Source: a virus | Lineage: Duplodnaviria; Heunggongvirae; Uroviricota; Caudoviricetes | DNA length: 64,000 nt | IMG/VR virus record: IMGVR_UViG_3300023710_000192 | Reading direction: 5' to 3' (one strand) | Shown here: in pieces, positions 28,377 through 38,193 of the stretch | How the letters are laid out: each line of letters starts with the position of its first letter | Numbering within the stretch: the first letter of the stretch is position 1 | Position numbers and translations under genes: made by a program | The notes under the pieces: model-generated | The model's database searches: none | Seen by the model: only the letters and a program-made list of their open reading frames with translations | Told to the model about the DNA's origin: nothing

Positions 28377-29867
28377 ATGAATTTTGCAGAAACATTAAAA
28401 AAAGAAAGCAGTAAAACACTAACAGAAAACGGGGCAACGGCTCTCAATACAACAGGAGACAGATGCCTTGATTTTTTTGCGTCTGGCGGCAGTCTAAGAG
28501 ATGCAGATGATATTAGGATTAAGAGATTGTTTGATGATGCTTATGCTGAAGATTCAGTTACTGCAGTGAGAACACTTTGGTATATCCGTGATCGAGAAGG
28601 TCTTGGAGAAAGAAAGGTATTCCGTAATCTCATTAATCATTGTGCAGTGTATCACCCTGAAACAGTTAGACCTAATTTGCAGTACATTGGTGAGTTTGGT
28701 CGTTGGGATGATATTTATTCTTTGGTTGGAACACCGGTTGAGGACGAAATGTGGGCGGTTGTTAAGGCTCAATTTGAGAAAGATCGTACTGATATGGCAA
28801 ATAAAATGTCAATTTCATTGTTAGCAAAGTGGCTTAAAACCGCCGATGCAAGCTCAAAAGAGACAAGAAAACTTGGTATTTATACCGCTAAAAAGTTAGG
28901 ATACTCAGTTTATGATTACAAACGAATTGTTAAATCAATGCGTAAGTACATAAAAGTTGTAGAAAGTCTAATGTCAACGGAACAGTGGGATAAAATCGAG
29001 TATTCGGAAGTTCCAAGTAGAGCAATGATGATTTATCGCAATGCTTTTGGTAAACACGACGAGAAAAGATTTAATGACTTTACAAATAAGGCAGTTATTG
29101 GTGAGGCTAAAATTAACTCTTCAACACTTTATCCATATGATATTGTGGATAAGTTTGCAGTTTGGAAATGGAATGCTCCTAAATTAAACGACAATGAAAA
29201 GAAAGTATTGGAAGCTCAGTGGAGACAGTTGCCAAATTATGTCGAGGAAGGAACAAATGCAATTGTAATTGCAGACGTTTCCGGCTCGATGACTTGTAGC
29301 AACGGTAGACCATTAGCTACTTCCATAGGATTAGCAATTTATTTTGCTGAAAGAAACAAGGGTGATTATCATAATCTTCTTATGACTTTTAGTGACAATT
29401 CAGATATTGTTGAACTTAAAGGAAGTACATTAGAACAGAAGATACAGTTTGTTAGCGAGATTGATTGGGGTAATGGTACTAATTTACATGCAGCGTTTAA
29501 AAAGATCCTTGATTTAGCTATTAAAAACAATACCCCACCAGAAGATATGCCAAAATCAATAATTGTAGTATCCGATATGGAGATTGATAATTATTGGAGT
29601 CCAAATGAAGATTGGACATTTTATGACACTATTAAAGCAGAATATGGTAGTCATGGGTATGAGATTCCTAACGTAATATTTTGGAATGTTGATAGCAGAC
29701 ACGATATATTCCATACAGATGCTAAACGCAAAGGTGTTCAGTTATGTTCTGGTCAATCAGCAACTACATTCAAACACTTAATGGCTTGTATTGGTATGAC
29801 ACCGGTTGAAATGATGAATAAGGTAGTTAACTCTGAAAGATACCAGTGTATTACGATTGGGAGGTAG
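28377..29867 (+). CDS. TROVE + von Willebrand A (Ro60/Rsr-like) protein
   Basis: C-terminal vWA with MIDAS AIVIADVSGSM ... SIIVVSDMEID; about 300-aa N-terminal domain of the size and position of a TROVE module; sits directly downstream of tRNA-like ncRNAs, as bacterial/phage rsr-yrlA loci do. Confidence 0.45.
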   Translation: MNFAETLKKESSKTLTENGATALNTTGDRCLDFFASGGSLRDADDIRIKRLFDDAYAEDSVTAVRTLWYIRDREGLGERKVFRNLINHCAVYHPETVRPNLQYIGEFGRWDDIYSLVGTPVEDEMWAVVKAQFEKDRTDMANKMSISLLAKWLKTADASSKETRKLGIYTAKKLGYSVYDYKRIVKSMRKYIKVVESLMSTEQWDKIEYSEVPSRAMMIYRNAFGKHDEKRFNDFTNKAVIGEAKINSSTLYPYDIVDKFAVWKWNAPKLNDNEKKVLEAQWRQLPNYVEEGTNAIVIADVSGSMTCSNGRPLATSIGLAIYFAERNKGDYHNLLMTFSDNSDIVELKGSTLEQKIQFVSEIDWGNGTNLHAAFKKILDLAIKNNTPPEDMPKSIIVVSDMEIDNYWSPNEDWTFYDTIKAEYGSHGYEIPNVIFWNVDSRHDIFHTDAKRKGVQLCSGQSATTFKHLMACIGMTPVEMMNKVVNSERYQCITIGR

Positions 29868-29870
29868 AAT

Positions 29871-30068
29871 ATGGCGAGTGATTTTTGGGATATATTTGGT
29901 AATACTTTTGGAACGAATACCGCCAAAACCTACGAGGAGCAACTAAATAAATACTACTGCAAACATATGGAAAACTATTATACCGCATTAAACAATGCAA
30001 AAGCTGCAGGGTATAAGGTATTTAGAAACAAAGAAGGAAAACACGTTGTAAAAAGAAAGGAGGGTTAA
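29871..30068 (+). CDS. hypothetical small protein
   Basis: GGGAGG RBS. Confidence 0.4.
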   Translation: MASDFWDIFGNTFGTNTAKTYEEQLNKYYCKHMENYYTALNNAKAAGYKVFRNKEGKHVVKRKEG

Positions 30069-30070
30069 TT

Positions 30071-30388
30071 ATGGAAGAGTTGATTTTCACAGGAGTAGAC
30101 GTAAGAAAATATGTTGATTATATGTTGGAGAATACAGAGCCACGTATAAAAAAAGAGATGACCGATGACGAAAAAAAGGTATTTAATTACACCATAGATT
30201 TGGTTTTGTCATTACTTGAAAGGCTTCCTACTGATGAATTTGTTGTTTTAGCAAGTGGAGATAACGTAAAATTTAACTCAAATGACGTACCTTTAGAGGA
30301 GTTTACCTTGGATGATTTACTTAAGTTAAAAGGCTTAAAGTATACATTTGAGACAATAGATGATAAAGATAGAGTAATGGTTTATTAA
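30071..30388 (+). CDS. hypothetical protein
   Basis: AGGAGGG RBS. Confidence 0.45.
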   Translation: MEELIFTGVDVRKYVDYMLENTEPRIKKEMTDDEKKVFNYTIDLVLSLLERLPTDEFVVLASGDNVKFNSNDVPLEEFTLDDLLKLKGLKYTFETIDDKDRVMVY

Positions 30389-30403
30389 CTTGGAGGTTTA
30401 ATA

Positions 30404-31156
30404 GTGAAATTTGAAAATACGAATGTCTATAATTTTGAAAATGCCTTTAGAGGAATGAGAAATCCTAAGAATAGTTGGGATAAATCAGATAGCGGATATG
30501 GTTGTGATGGTGAATTATGCAGTGTTTGCATGTTTAAACCAGACTATTGTGAACATACTCCTGAATATGTTGTAGGCGAAGATGATTTAAAACTTGCCCA
30601 AAAGCTTATTAAAGGAGGAAGTGAGCATCGAAAATTCATGCGGCAAATATTTGTAAGTGTTGATATAACGGCACCTTTGTTTTGGTGGAAGGAGTTTGAT
30701 ACTTATAAGGTTGGAACGGTTGCAAATAGTACATCTACTATGCATAAGTTAGCTACTACTCCAATTACTATTGATTGTTTTGAAACAGATGACATGATTG
30801 ATTTGAATACAGTAATTATTAATTACCCCAATTTATCAAAAGATTATACGATGTCTTTGTCAAAGTATTTAATGATATTGATAGACACTTGTGAAGGCTT
30901 ACGTCTTAAATATCTCGAAACAGAAGACAAGAGATATTGGAAGGAACTTATAAGATGGCTTCCTGAATCATGGTTACAAACACGTACTGTTACTATGAAC
31001 TATGAAAATGTATTAAATATATGTAATCACCGTAAATCACATAAACTCAATGAGTGGAGCGGTGCAGATAATTCGGAATTACCTAATTTTATATCTTGGG
31101 CAAAGACATTGCCTTATGCGCAAGATTTAATATTTATAAATGAGCAACAAAAATAA
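30404..31156 (+). CDS. ThyX-like (flavin-dependent thymidylate synthase fold) protein lacking the canonical RHR motif
   Basis: HRKFMRQIFVSVDITAPLFWWKEFDTYKVGTVANSTSTM aligns position-by-position with ThyX [39 protein letters not shown], but RHRIAS is replaced by DTYKVG; GTG start after TTGGAGG. Confidence 0.3.
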   Translation: MKFENTNVYNFENAFRGMRNPKNSWDKSDSGYGCDGELCSVCMFKPDYCEHTPEYVVGEDDLKLAQKLIKGGSEHRKFMRQIFVSVDITAPLFWWKEFDTYKVGTVANSTSTMHKLATTPITIDCFETDDMIDLNTVIINYPNLSKDYTMSLSKYLMILIDTCEGLRLKYLETEDKRYWKELIRWLPESWLQTRTVTMNYENVLNICNHRKSHKLNEWSGADNSELPNFISWAKTLPYAQDLIFINEQQK

Positions 31157-31184
31157 AATTTATATATGAAAGGATGATAAAGAA

Positions 31185-32342
31185 ATGGCTTGGAAGAAAC
31201 CAGAAGTAAACAGAATTACAGCGGATATTAGTACGTTATCTATTTATCTTAGATCTGTAAAGAAATTTGGTAAAACTACATTGTTTAGAGATGTAGTTAT
31301 GGAAAAGTATGGCGATCCAGAAAGAGGATTATTAGTAGGTTGTGGTGCAGAAGTCGGTTATTCATTGCTTGATAATTTAAATTATACACAGGTAGAGAGT
31401 TATGCAGACCTTGTAGAGCTTGGAAATTGGTTAATCACACAAAAAGGCAAAGAGCATAACATTGAAATGATTGCTTTTGACACAGTTGACGAACTTGTTT
31501 TAATGGCTGATAAGGAAACCATTGCAAGATATAAAGAGGAATCTAATAAGCCTTGTAGATCAATTAAAGGGGCTTTTGGTGGTTTTGGTGCTGGTACACA
31601 GTACTCTGCTAATAATATTATTAAGCCTTATATGACAACGCTTAAGAAAGCTGGTTTTGGTATTTGGGCAATTGCACATACCAGTATGAAAACGATTAAA
31701 AATAAGGGTGATATTGAGGAAGATGGTTATCAGATGCTCACATCTAATCTTGAGAAAAATGCTGAAAGTGCTTTTGGCGATATTTTTGATATAACACTTA
31801 CTGGTGTTATTGATAGAAATATGAACACCAAAGTCAAAGAAGGTTTTAATGGTAAAAAAATTAAAGAAAACTTTGTTACAGATGAAGTTAGAAAACTTTA
31901 TTTTAGAGGTACTTCTGTAATAGATGCCGGCGGACGTTTTGCAGATGGAGCAGTTCCTGAGTATCTAGTGTTTGATAAACGAAATATGGCTCCGGAATTT
32001 ATCCAAACCGTAGAAGACGGAATTGAAAAGTCTAAAACCGATTTTAGTCCAACAAATAAGAAGATTAAAGCCAAAGAGGAATCTAAACCAACAGAGCTTA
32101 AGGCTGATAACGACGAAACAGATGGAGTTACAGATTCGGGTTTGTTTGGGGATGAATCACTCGAACCAACAGAAGATTTAGCTTCTCTTAAGAAGGAGAT
32201 TGTTGCCAAGTGTAAAGAACTTGGTGGTCAGAAGAATGAAGCAGTAATGGCTGCAGTTAAGAAGTATGGTAATCCAACCGGATTAAAAGATATTAATAAA
32301 GCACAAGAGTTCTTGAATGAACTTAATAATATTAAGGAGTGA
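31185..32342 (+). CDS. hypothetical protein upstream of ssb; possible degenerate P-loop/RecA-like recombination-associated protein
   Basis: KKFGKTTL (Walker-A-like without the first Gly) and IAFDTVDE (Walker-B-like); acidic C-terminal tail; position next to SSB. Confidence 0.3.
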   Translation: MAWKKPEVNRITADISTLSIYLRSVKKFGKTTLFRDVVMEKYGDPERGLLVGCGAEVGYSLLDNLNYTQVESYADLVELGNWLITQKGKEHNIEMIAFDTVDELVLMADKETIARYKEESNKPCRSIKGAFGGFGAGTQYSANNIIKPYMTTLKKAGFGIWAIAHTSMKTIKNKGDIEEDGYQMLTSNLEKNAESAFGDIFDITLTGVIDRNMNTKVKEGFNGKKIKENFVTDEVRKLYFRGTSVIDAGGRFADGAVPEYLVFDKRNMAPEFIQTVEDGIEKSKTDFSPTNKKIKAKEESKPTELKADNDETDGVTDSGLFGDESLEPTEDLASLKKEIVAKCKELGGQKNEAVMAAVKKYGNPTGLKDINKAQEFLNELNNIKE

Positions 32343-32349
32343 TAAGAGT

Positions 32350-32760
32350 ATGAATAAGGTAATTTTAATTGGTCGCTTGACCAGAGATCCTGAAGTTCGC
32401 TATTCAGCGGGTGAAAATGCAATGGCAATTGCAAGATATTCACTTGCAGTTGACCGTAGATTTAAAAAGGAAGGCGATGAGCAGACAGCAGACTTTATTA
32501 ATTGTGTTGCATTTGGTAAGGCAGGAGAGTTTGCAGAGAAGTGGTTCAAAAAGGGAACCAAGGTTGCTATTACAGGAAGAATTCAGACGGGAAGCTACAC
32601 TAACAAAGATGGCGTAAAAGTTTATACTACAGACGTAGTAGTAGAGGAACAGGAGTTTGCTGAAAGCAAGAAAGCTGCAGAGGCTAATACACCAAGACCA
32701 AATTCTAGCGATTTTGTGTCAATACCAGATGGAGTAGCAGACGAACTTCCGTTTGAATAA
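32350..32760 (+). CDS. ssb: single-stranded DNA-binding protein
   Basis: MNKVILIGRLTRDPEVRY...ADFINCVAFGK...VAITGRIQTGSY OB-fold signature and C-terminal acidic tail ...DELPFE. Confidence 0.85.
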   Translation: MNKVILIGRLTRDPEVRYSAGENAMAIARYSLAVDRRFKKEGDEQTADFINCVAFGKAGEFAEKWFKKGTKVAITGRIQTGSYTNKDGVKVYTTDVVVEEQEFAESKKAAEANTPRPNSSDFVSIPDGVADELPFE

Positions 32761-32844
32761 TTAAGCTTTTTCATTTGTTTTCCAAATATAGTGGCGAGTA
32801 GCATACGGCAATATGTTATTCGCCACAATTTTAAGGAGGGTAAT

Positions 32845-33303
32845 ATGAAGTGTGCATGGAAACATTGTAAATTGGGGAATGAAATTAAAGATACTGATGA
32901 TTATGTAAAAGTAAGTACAAAGTGTTATCACACTGAATGTAATAAAGAACGTGAAAATATCAACGAATGTATTTCGTTGTTTAAGGAATATATAAACGAA
33001 AATGTAGTAATGGCACAGCTAAGAAAAGTCATTAATACACTAATTTATACGGATGGATATAGTTCAGATTATGTACTTTTTTGCATTAAAAGTGCAGTAA
33101 GTAGTACAAATTGTAAACTCAATTATCCACCGGGATTATTTTATGTCTGTAAAGACCAAAAAATGATGGAGTCGTGGAAGAAGAAAACGGCTCAAGAGCA
33201 ATTAAAAAATAAGAAAATAGAAATAACAGAGGTCGAAAGCAATAGCGTAGAGTACCACAGAAACCAGATTAAACCTATGTCTGTTGCTGATTTGTTTGAG
33301 TAG
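32845..33303 (+). CDS. Cys/His-containing hypothetical protein
   Basis: ATG 32845 after AAGGAGGG; CAWKHC...CYHTEC. Confidence 0.4.
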   Translation: MKCAWKHCKLGNEIKDTDDYVKVSTKCYHTECNKERENINECISLFKEYINENVVMAQLRKVINTLIYTDGYSSDYVLFCIKSAVSSTNCKLNYPPGLFYVCKDQKMMESWKKKTAQEQLKNKKIEITEVESNSVEYHRNQIKPMSVADLFE

Positions 33304-33317
33304 GAGTTGAGATTAGT

Positions 33318-34679
33318 TTGATAAACGAAAAAATGGTATCAGAGACAGCGGAAGCGACGGTTATTGCTACGGCATTAAAACATCCGGAGTTTACATTACA
33401 ATCAGATATGTTAAAACCCGGATATTTTTATAACACCGAAAACGGTTGCTTACTGTGGTCAATTAACGAGCTTTACAAAAGAGGAATTGATAAGATAGAC
33501 GCTCTTAATCTTAAGAATATTCTTGAATCTGATAAAGCGGTAAGTCAAGTGATGAAATCAAAAAACATCGTAGACATTAACAATTATATTGATATGTCAA
33601 GATTCGCTGCAAGGGACACGATTGAAGAATATATGCTTGCCGTTAAGGAAGTATTAACAATGGCATATAAACGTGATTTATCTAACACATTAAAAACATT
33701 AGATAAACAGTGCCACGATGATGCAGTTAATCTTAAAACATTAGAAAGTAATGTTAATAACAGTATCAATAAAGTAACCGAGAAATACATTATTGATGAT
33801 GATATGGCATTGTTTGGTGATCTTGTTGATATGCTCTGGGCAGAGATTGAAAATGAAAGAAATGAAAATGGTACATACGGAATTGAAACAATATTTCCCG
33901 CATTAACAGAACGTGGTTTGGTATTAGAAAAAGGAGAACTAATACTTGTAATGGCCCAAAGAAAAGTCGGAAAGTCAACACTATTGCTTAACGATTGTGT
34001 AGATAAACTCAAAAAAGGTTTGGGTTGTTTATATCACGACACAGAGATGTCAGATAAGTTATTCATGATCCGTATGATTGCAAATCTCTCAGGGGTTGAA
34101 CAATCAAAAATTAAGTCTGGAGCCTATACAAATGCTGAAGGTAAAAAGATTAAAGAGGCATTAGAGTGGTTAAAGAAGCAACGATTTAAGCACATATTCG
34201 CACCCGACTTCAATGAAATGGAAATCTTTAATCAGTACAAGATTTTTATGTATAAGTATGGTAACGATATAGTTGGCTACTATGATTACTTTAAGAGCAA
34301 TAAGGATTCGGCATCTGAAAATTATAATCAACTTGGTAATAATATTAACTTTATGAAGAATGAAGTCGCTGGAATACTAGACATACCAATAATGGCAGCA
34401 GCACAGTTAAATCGAGATGGTAAGGTTGCAGATAGTTATAAACTTGAAATGTATGCTTCTGCCGGTATTACATATAGAATTAAAACATCGCAAGAGATAA
34501 TGGATTGTGGTGGATTAGAAGCTGGTAACTGTGCATTGCATTTAGATTTTGCTAGATCTGCAGAGCCTATGGGCGAAGATGAGTTGTTACATATATCTGT
34601 TGATGGTGCAAGAATGCGAGTAAAACAAGCAGAAAAACAACCAAAATTAATGACACCATTTGAGGAGGGCAAGGAATAA
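33318..34679 (+). CDS. DnaB-like replicative DNA helicase
   Basis: DnaB N-terminal domain pattern (AE.TVIATALKHPEF...FY...LW.I..L...G.ID..NL); RecA-like core with Walker A QRKVGKSTL; 453 aa. Confidence 0.7.
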   Translation: MINEKMVSETAEATVIATALKHPEFTLQSDMLKPGYFYNTENGCLLWSINELYKRGIDKIDALNLKNILESDKAVSQVMKSKNIVDINNYIDMSRFAARDTIEEYMLAVKEVLTMAYKRDLSNTLKTLDKQCHDDAVNLKTLESNVNNSINKVTEKYIIDDDMALFGDLVDMLWAEIENERNENGTYGIETIFPALTERGLVLEKGELILVMAQRKVGKSTLLLNDCVDKLKKGLGCLYHDTEMSDKLFMIRMIANLSGVEQSKIKSGAYTNAEGKKIKEALEWLKKQRFKHIFAPDFNEMEIFNQYKIFMYKYGNDIVGYYDYFKSNKDSASENYNQLGNNINFMKNEVAGILDIPIMAAAQLNRDGKVADSYKLEMYASAGITYRIKTSQEIMDCGGLEAGNCALHLDFARSAEPMGEDELLHISVDGARMRVKQAEKQPKLMTPFEEGKE

Positions 34680-34885
34680 TGTTGGGTTGGAGAAGTGTTA
34701 AAAAAATAAAGCCTAATAACTTTGTAAGACTTGAATTAAAGACCTCAGATGGCAAGTATCACATAGGTTATTGGACTGGTAATGAGTTTCTTGAAACCGA
34801 AGGTCACAAGATAATTAAGTCATGTATATCATGGAGGTATTTGCCGAAAAAAGATTACATGAGATTTTACAAGGTAGGTGATTAA
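34679..34885 (+). CDS. hypothetical small protein
   Basis: ATAATG overlap with the dnaB stop. Confidence 0.4.
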   Translation: MLGWRSVKKIKPNNFVRLELKTSDGKYHIGYWTGNEFLETEGHKIIKSCISWRYLPKKDYMRFYKVGD

Positions 34886-35693
34886 GATAGAAGAGTTAAC
34901 ACAAGAACAGATACGACAAAAGATTGATGGAATGGTGTGGAGTTTCAGTAGATTATCAAGTTTTCACAACTGTCCATACGAATGGAGGTTAAAATATATA
35001 GAAGGATTAGAACGAGATAACTCGTATTATGGTGCGTTAGGTGGATTTAGCCATGAAGTATTGGAGAAGTTCTTTAAAGAAGAATTATCAATATTTGATT
35101 GTGGTGATTACTTTGAACAGAATTATATGGATAAAGTACCTTACGATGCACCGCCTAATCCGTATGTTGACCTAAAAGAAAAGGATTATAATTTAATTTT
35201 GGATTATTTTCAAAACATTAACTTTCCTTTTGAAGATTATGAGATATTAGGCGTTGAAAAAGAGATTAAGTTTAAGGTTGATAAGTATGAGTTTATTGGA
35301 TATATTGACTTGCTTTTAAGAGACAAAAATAGCGGGAAGATTATTCTTGTTGACCATAAGAGTAGTCACTTTGATTATCTTAAGAAAGGTGGAGTATCAA
35401 AGAAAAACCAAGAGCAGTTTGATAAGTATAAAAAACAGTTATATTTATATTCAATTCCAATTTACGAAGAGTACGGGGAATATCCGGAGGAACTTCGTTG
35501 GAATATGTTCAAAGATCAACAGTGGTTAACAGTAAAATTTGATGAAAATGAATACAAAGAAACACAAGAGTGGGCAATCAACGAGATACATACCATAGAA
35601 GACGAGATGTTATATCTTCCAAATACTTCTGATAGTAATAGTTTTTACTGTAGATACTTATGTGGTGCAAGTTATTGTCCGTACAGAAAGTAG
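34878..35693 (+). CDS. PD-(D/E)XK exonuclease with 4Fe-4S cysteine cluster (Cas4/RecB-like)
   Basis: N-terminal FHNCPYEW Cys, GYIDLLLRD...IILVDHKSS (D ... D-x-K), QLYLY, C-terminal CRYLCGASYCPY three-Cys cluster. Confidence 0.65.
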   Translation: MIKIEELTQEQIRQKIDGMVWSFSRLSSFHNCPYEWRLKYIEGLERDNSYYGALGGFSHEVLEKFFKEELSIFDCGDYFEQNYMDKVPYDAPPNPYVDLKEKDYNLILDYFQNINFPFEDYEILGVEKEIKFKVDKYEFIGYIDLLLRDKNSGKIILVDHKSSHFDYLKKGGVSKKNQEQFDKYKKQLYLYSIPIYEEYGEYPEELRWNMFKDQQWLTVKFDENEYKETQEWAINEIHTIEDEMLYLPNTSDSNSFYCRYLCGASYCPYRK

Positions 35694-35702
35694 GCGATTA
35701 TT

Positions 35703-36299
35703 ATGAGTTATTATTATAATTATTATCTTGGTGTTAAAGATAAAGATGGGAAAATAAAACCATTAGGCCCTTATGATGTTGATGGTAAATTACATGCAAT
35801 TATTGAGAAATCAAGGTCTTATGCGAGTGATTTATACGAAGATTTTTACATGATAAAAAAAGAACAAATAACTGATAAGTTGCGTGATGAGTTTGGGTAT
35901 GAAGATTACAATGGTATTAAATGTATACATGTTAAGTACTTGCCGTTAAAAGAACTTCCAAAGGGTAAGTATATAAAAACAAACTATTATCTCATAAAGG
36001 ATATTGAGGCTTATTATGAGAACGGTGAAAGTGCATGGGATTTAGATATTTTTTATGATTATATTCCTGAAAATATGTACTATCGAATGATAGAAAATGA
36101 TTGGAAACCTGAAAAGGATACGGAAGGTTATTATATTGGCCATGAAGAATTATCGCATTATACATACTTTACTTATCCAGATTATGAATCTAAGGAATAT
36201 GAGTGTCATTGTATAAGAATGGCAGCAAATATGTTTGATCCATATGATTTAGGTTTAAATGATGGAGAAGAAATTGTTGTCTTAGAAACAGAAGGCTAA
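35703..36299 (+). CDS. hypothetical protein (Y-rich)
   Basis: ORF with weak RBS. Confidence 0.45.
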   Translation: MSYYYNYYLGVKDKDGKIKPLGPYDVDGKLHAIIEKSRSYASDLYEDFYMIKKEQITDKLRDEFGYEDYNGIKCIHVKYLPLKELPKGKYIKTNYYLIKDIEAYYENGESAWDLDIFYDYIPENMYYRMIENDWKPEKDTEGYYIGHEELSHYTYFTYPDYESKEYECHCIRMAANMFDPYDLGLNDGEEIVVLETEG

Positions 36300-36325
36300 A
36301 TTAACAAAGAAAGGGGATTGTTGTT

Positions 36326-37330
36326 TTGAGATACAGTAAAGAAGCATTAGACAGAATGGCAGAACAAATAGATCTCCTAGAGTATGCAGAGAAAACAATG
36401 GACTTCACTAGAAAGAGTAAAAATTATTTTACTCATTGTCCATTACATGTTGATAACACGCCATCGTTGTGTATTAATCCTGAAAATAACCTATGGTATT
36501 GTCATTCGTGCCACAAAGGTGGTTCTATATTTCAATGGATGCAGACCTTTGAAGGATTATCTTTTACTGAAGCCATTGAAAAGGTTGCAGACATAACCGG
36601 TACAGATGCTCATGAATATTTAAAATCTGAAACAGTAGGAGTGTTTGAAGAATTGAAAAGGTGTAATGCTAATAAAGAAACGGATTTATCGGAGAGAAAG
36701 ATATTAGATTTTCAAAAAGATTACCTTGAAAAATATAAAGATGATATACCGAAAGAATGGATTGATGAAGGAATCACTATTGAAGCCCTTAAAAAATATA
36801 ATATTATGGTTGATGATAGTTCAAGAAGAATTGTTTATCCCGTGTTTGATGCTGGCGGAAATATGATTTCTGTTAAAGGTCGAACAAGAATAAATGATTT
36901 TAAAGAATTGAAAATAGCAAAGTATATTAATTTGTATCCAATAGGAACAATAGATTTCTTTCAGGGTTGGTGGCAAGCATATGATGAGATCATTGCTAAT
37001 AAATCCGTAATCATTTTTGAGGGTGTTAAGTCTTGTATGAAAAGCTATGGGTGGGGTATTAGAAATACAGTTGCAGCAGAAACTTCGGAATTATCAGAAG
37101 GGCAGATTAAGTTGCTAATTAAAAACAAAATCCCAGAGGTAATAATTGGTTTTGATACTGATAAACCTTTTAAGAATATAGTAACAAATGACAAAATAAA
37201 AATGCTTAAAAACTTTTGTAGAGTAAGTGTTATTAAAGATACACAACATTTACTTGGCGAGAAAATGGCCCCGGTTGATAATGGCGAAGCGATATATAGA
37301 AGATTACTGGAAGAAAGGGTAATTATATGA
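36326..37330 (+). CDS. DnaG-type DNA primase (zinc-binding + TOPRIM)
   Basis: CPLHVDNTPSLCINPENNLWYCHSCHKGGSIFQW CHC2 zinc finger; later TOPRIM-like IIFEGVKS...GFDTD. Confidence 0.75.
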   Translation: MRYSKEALDRMAEQIDLLEYAEKTMDFTRKSKNYFTHCPLHVDNTPSLCINPENNLWYCHSCHKGGSIFQWMQTFEGLSFTEAIEKVADITGTDAHEYLKSETVGVFEELKRCNANKETDLSERKILDFQKDYLEKYKDDIPKEWIDEGITIEALKKYNIMVDDSSRRIVYPVFDAGGNMISVKGRTRINDFKELKIAKYINLYPIGTIDFFQGWWQAYDEIIANKSVIIFEGVKSCMKSYGWGIRNTVAAETSELSEGQIKLLIKNKIPEVIIGFDTDKPFKNIVTNDKIKMLKNFCRVSVIKDTQHLLGEKMAPVDNGEAIYRRLLEERVII

Positions 37331-37749
37331 CAGATAAAAGATTTTATAAATGTGTTAATGGAAAACTTATTACAATTCCACCAATGGATGAACTTTGTGA
37401 AATGTTAAAAGAAAAATTTGCAGAACAAGCTCTTACCAATGAATTGCTTAAGGAAGAAAACGAAAAACTAAAATCTAATGTTTGGGCAGATGAAACTATG
37501 GCTGATTTAAAAAATAAGTATGAAGTAATGTGGAGGGCTTATTATGACGGGTTTCCAATAAGCATTGAAGAAAAGAAAGTATTATTAGAATGGATAAGGA
37601 GTCATGAAGAAGACAAACATAACGGTGAATTATATAGTGGTGCGGTAGGCGGCGCTTATACATATAAGTTTACTCCTACAAGTATTGGAACGATAGGAGA
37701 AATTGAGTGTAATTGCGGTGAGAAGTTTTGCTTCAGAGAGTTAGATTAA
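37327..37749 (+). CDS. hypothetical protein
   Basis: ATGA overlap; coiled-coil N-terminus. Confidence 0.45.
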   Translation: MTDKRFYKCVNGKLITIPPMDELCEMLKEKFAEQALTNELLKEENEKLKSNVWADETMADLKNKYEVMWRAYYDGFPISIEEKKVLLEWIRSHEEDKHNGELYSGAVGGAYTYKFTPTSIGTIGEIECNCGEKFCFRELD

Positions 37750-37770
37750 TTAGAAAGGAAAAATAAAAAA

Positions 37771-38193
37771 ATGGATGATCTGATTGAAAAAACAAAAAAT
37801 GCTTCGGCTGGCACTCCATATATGGGTGGGGGGATTTCTATAAAAACATCCAATATCGCCACCAGTCAGACGACGAATAGACCAATGACGCTACATCATT
37901 CTTTGGATAAAGGGGATAAATATATGGATAATAAAGATTTATTTAAGACCATGCGACCTTTTATTTGTGAATATAATTGTAAACTTCAAGAATTAATTGA
38001 TGATATTGAAAGATTAAAGTTACATGATCATGAGATAAATATAATGTATTTACAACAATTGAGAGATGTAGGTCTCTATTCTTTAGATAAGAAAAAGAAA
38101 ATAGATAATGTAAAGAAAGCATTTACAAAGTTATACGATAAATATAGTTATGAACTCGAACAATTGATTGAAAATAAGAGGAGAAACGTATGA
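37771..38193 (+). CDS. hypothetical protein
   Basis: ORF with AAAGGAAAAA RBS. Confidence 0.4.
   Translation: MDDLIEKTKNASAGTPYMGGGISIKTSNIATSQTTNRPMTLHHSLDKGDKYMDNKDLFKTMRPFICEYNCKLQELIDDIERLKLHDHEINIMYLQQLRDVGLYSLDKKKKIDNVKKAFTKLYDKYSYELEQLIENKRRNV

Noticed and set aside
31185-32342. Assignment of the ssb-adjacent protein as RecT/Erf/Sak single-strand annealing protein
   Set aside because: No family-specific motif could be recognised by eye and only degenerate Walker-like boxes are present. It is left as hypothetical with a positional hint.
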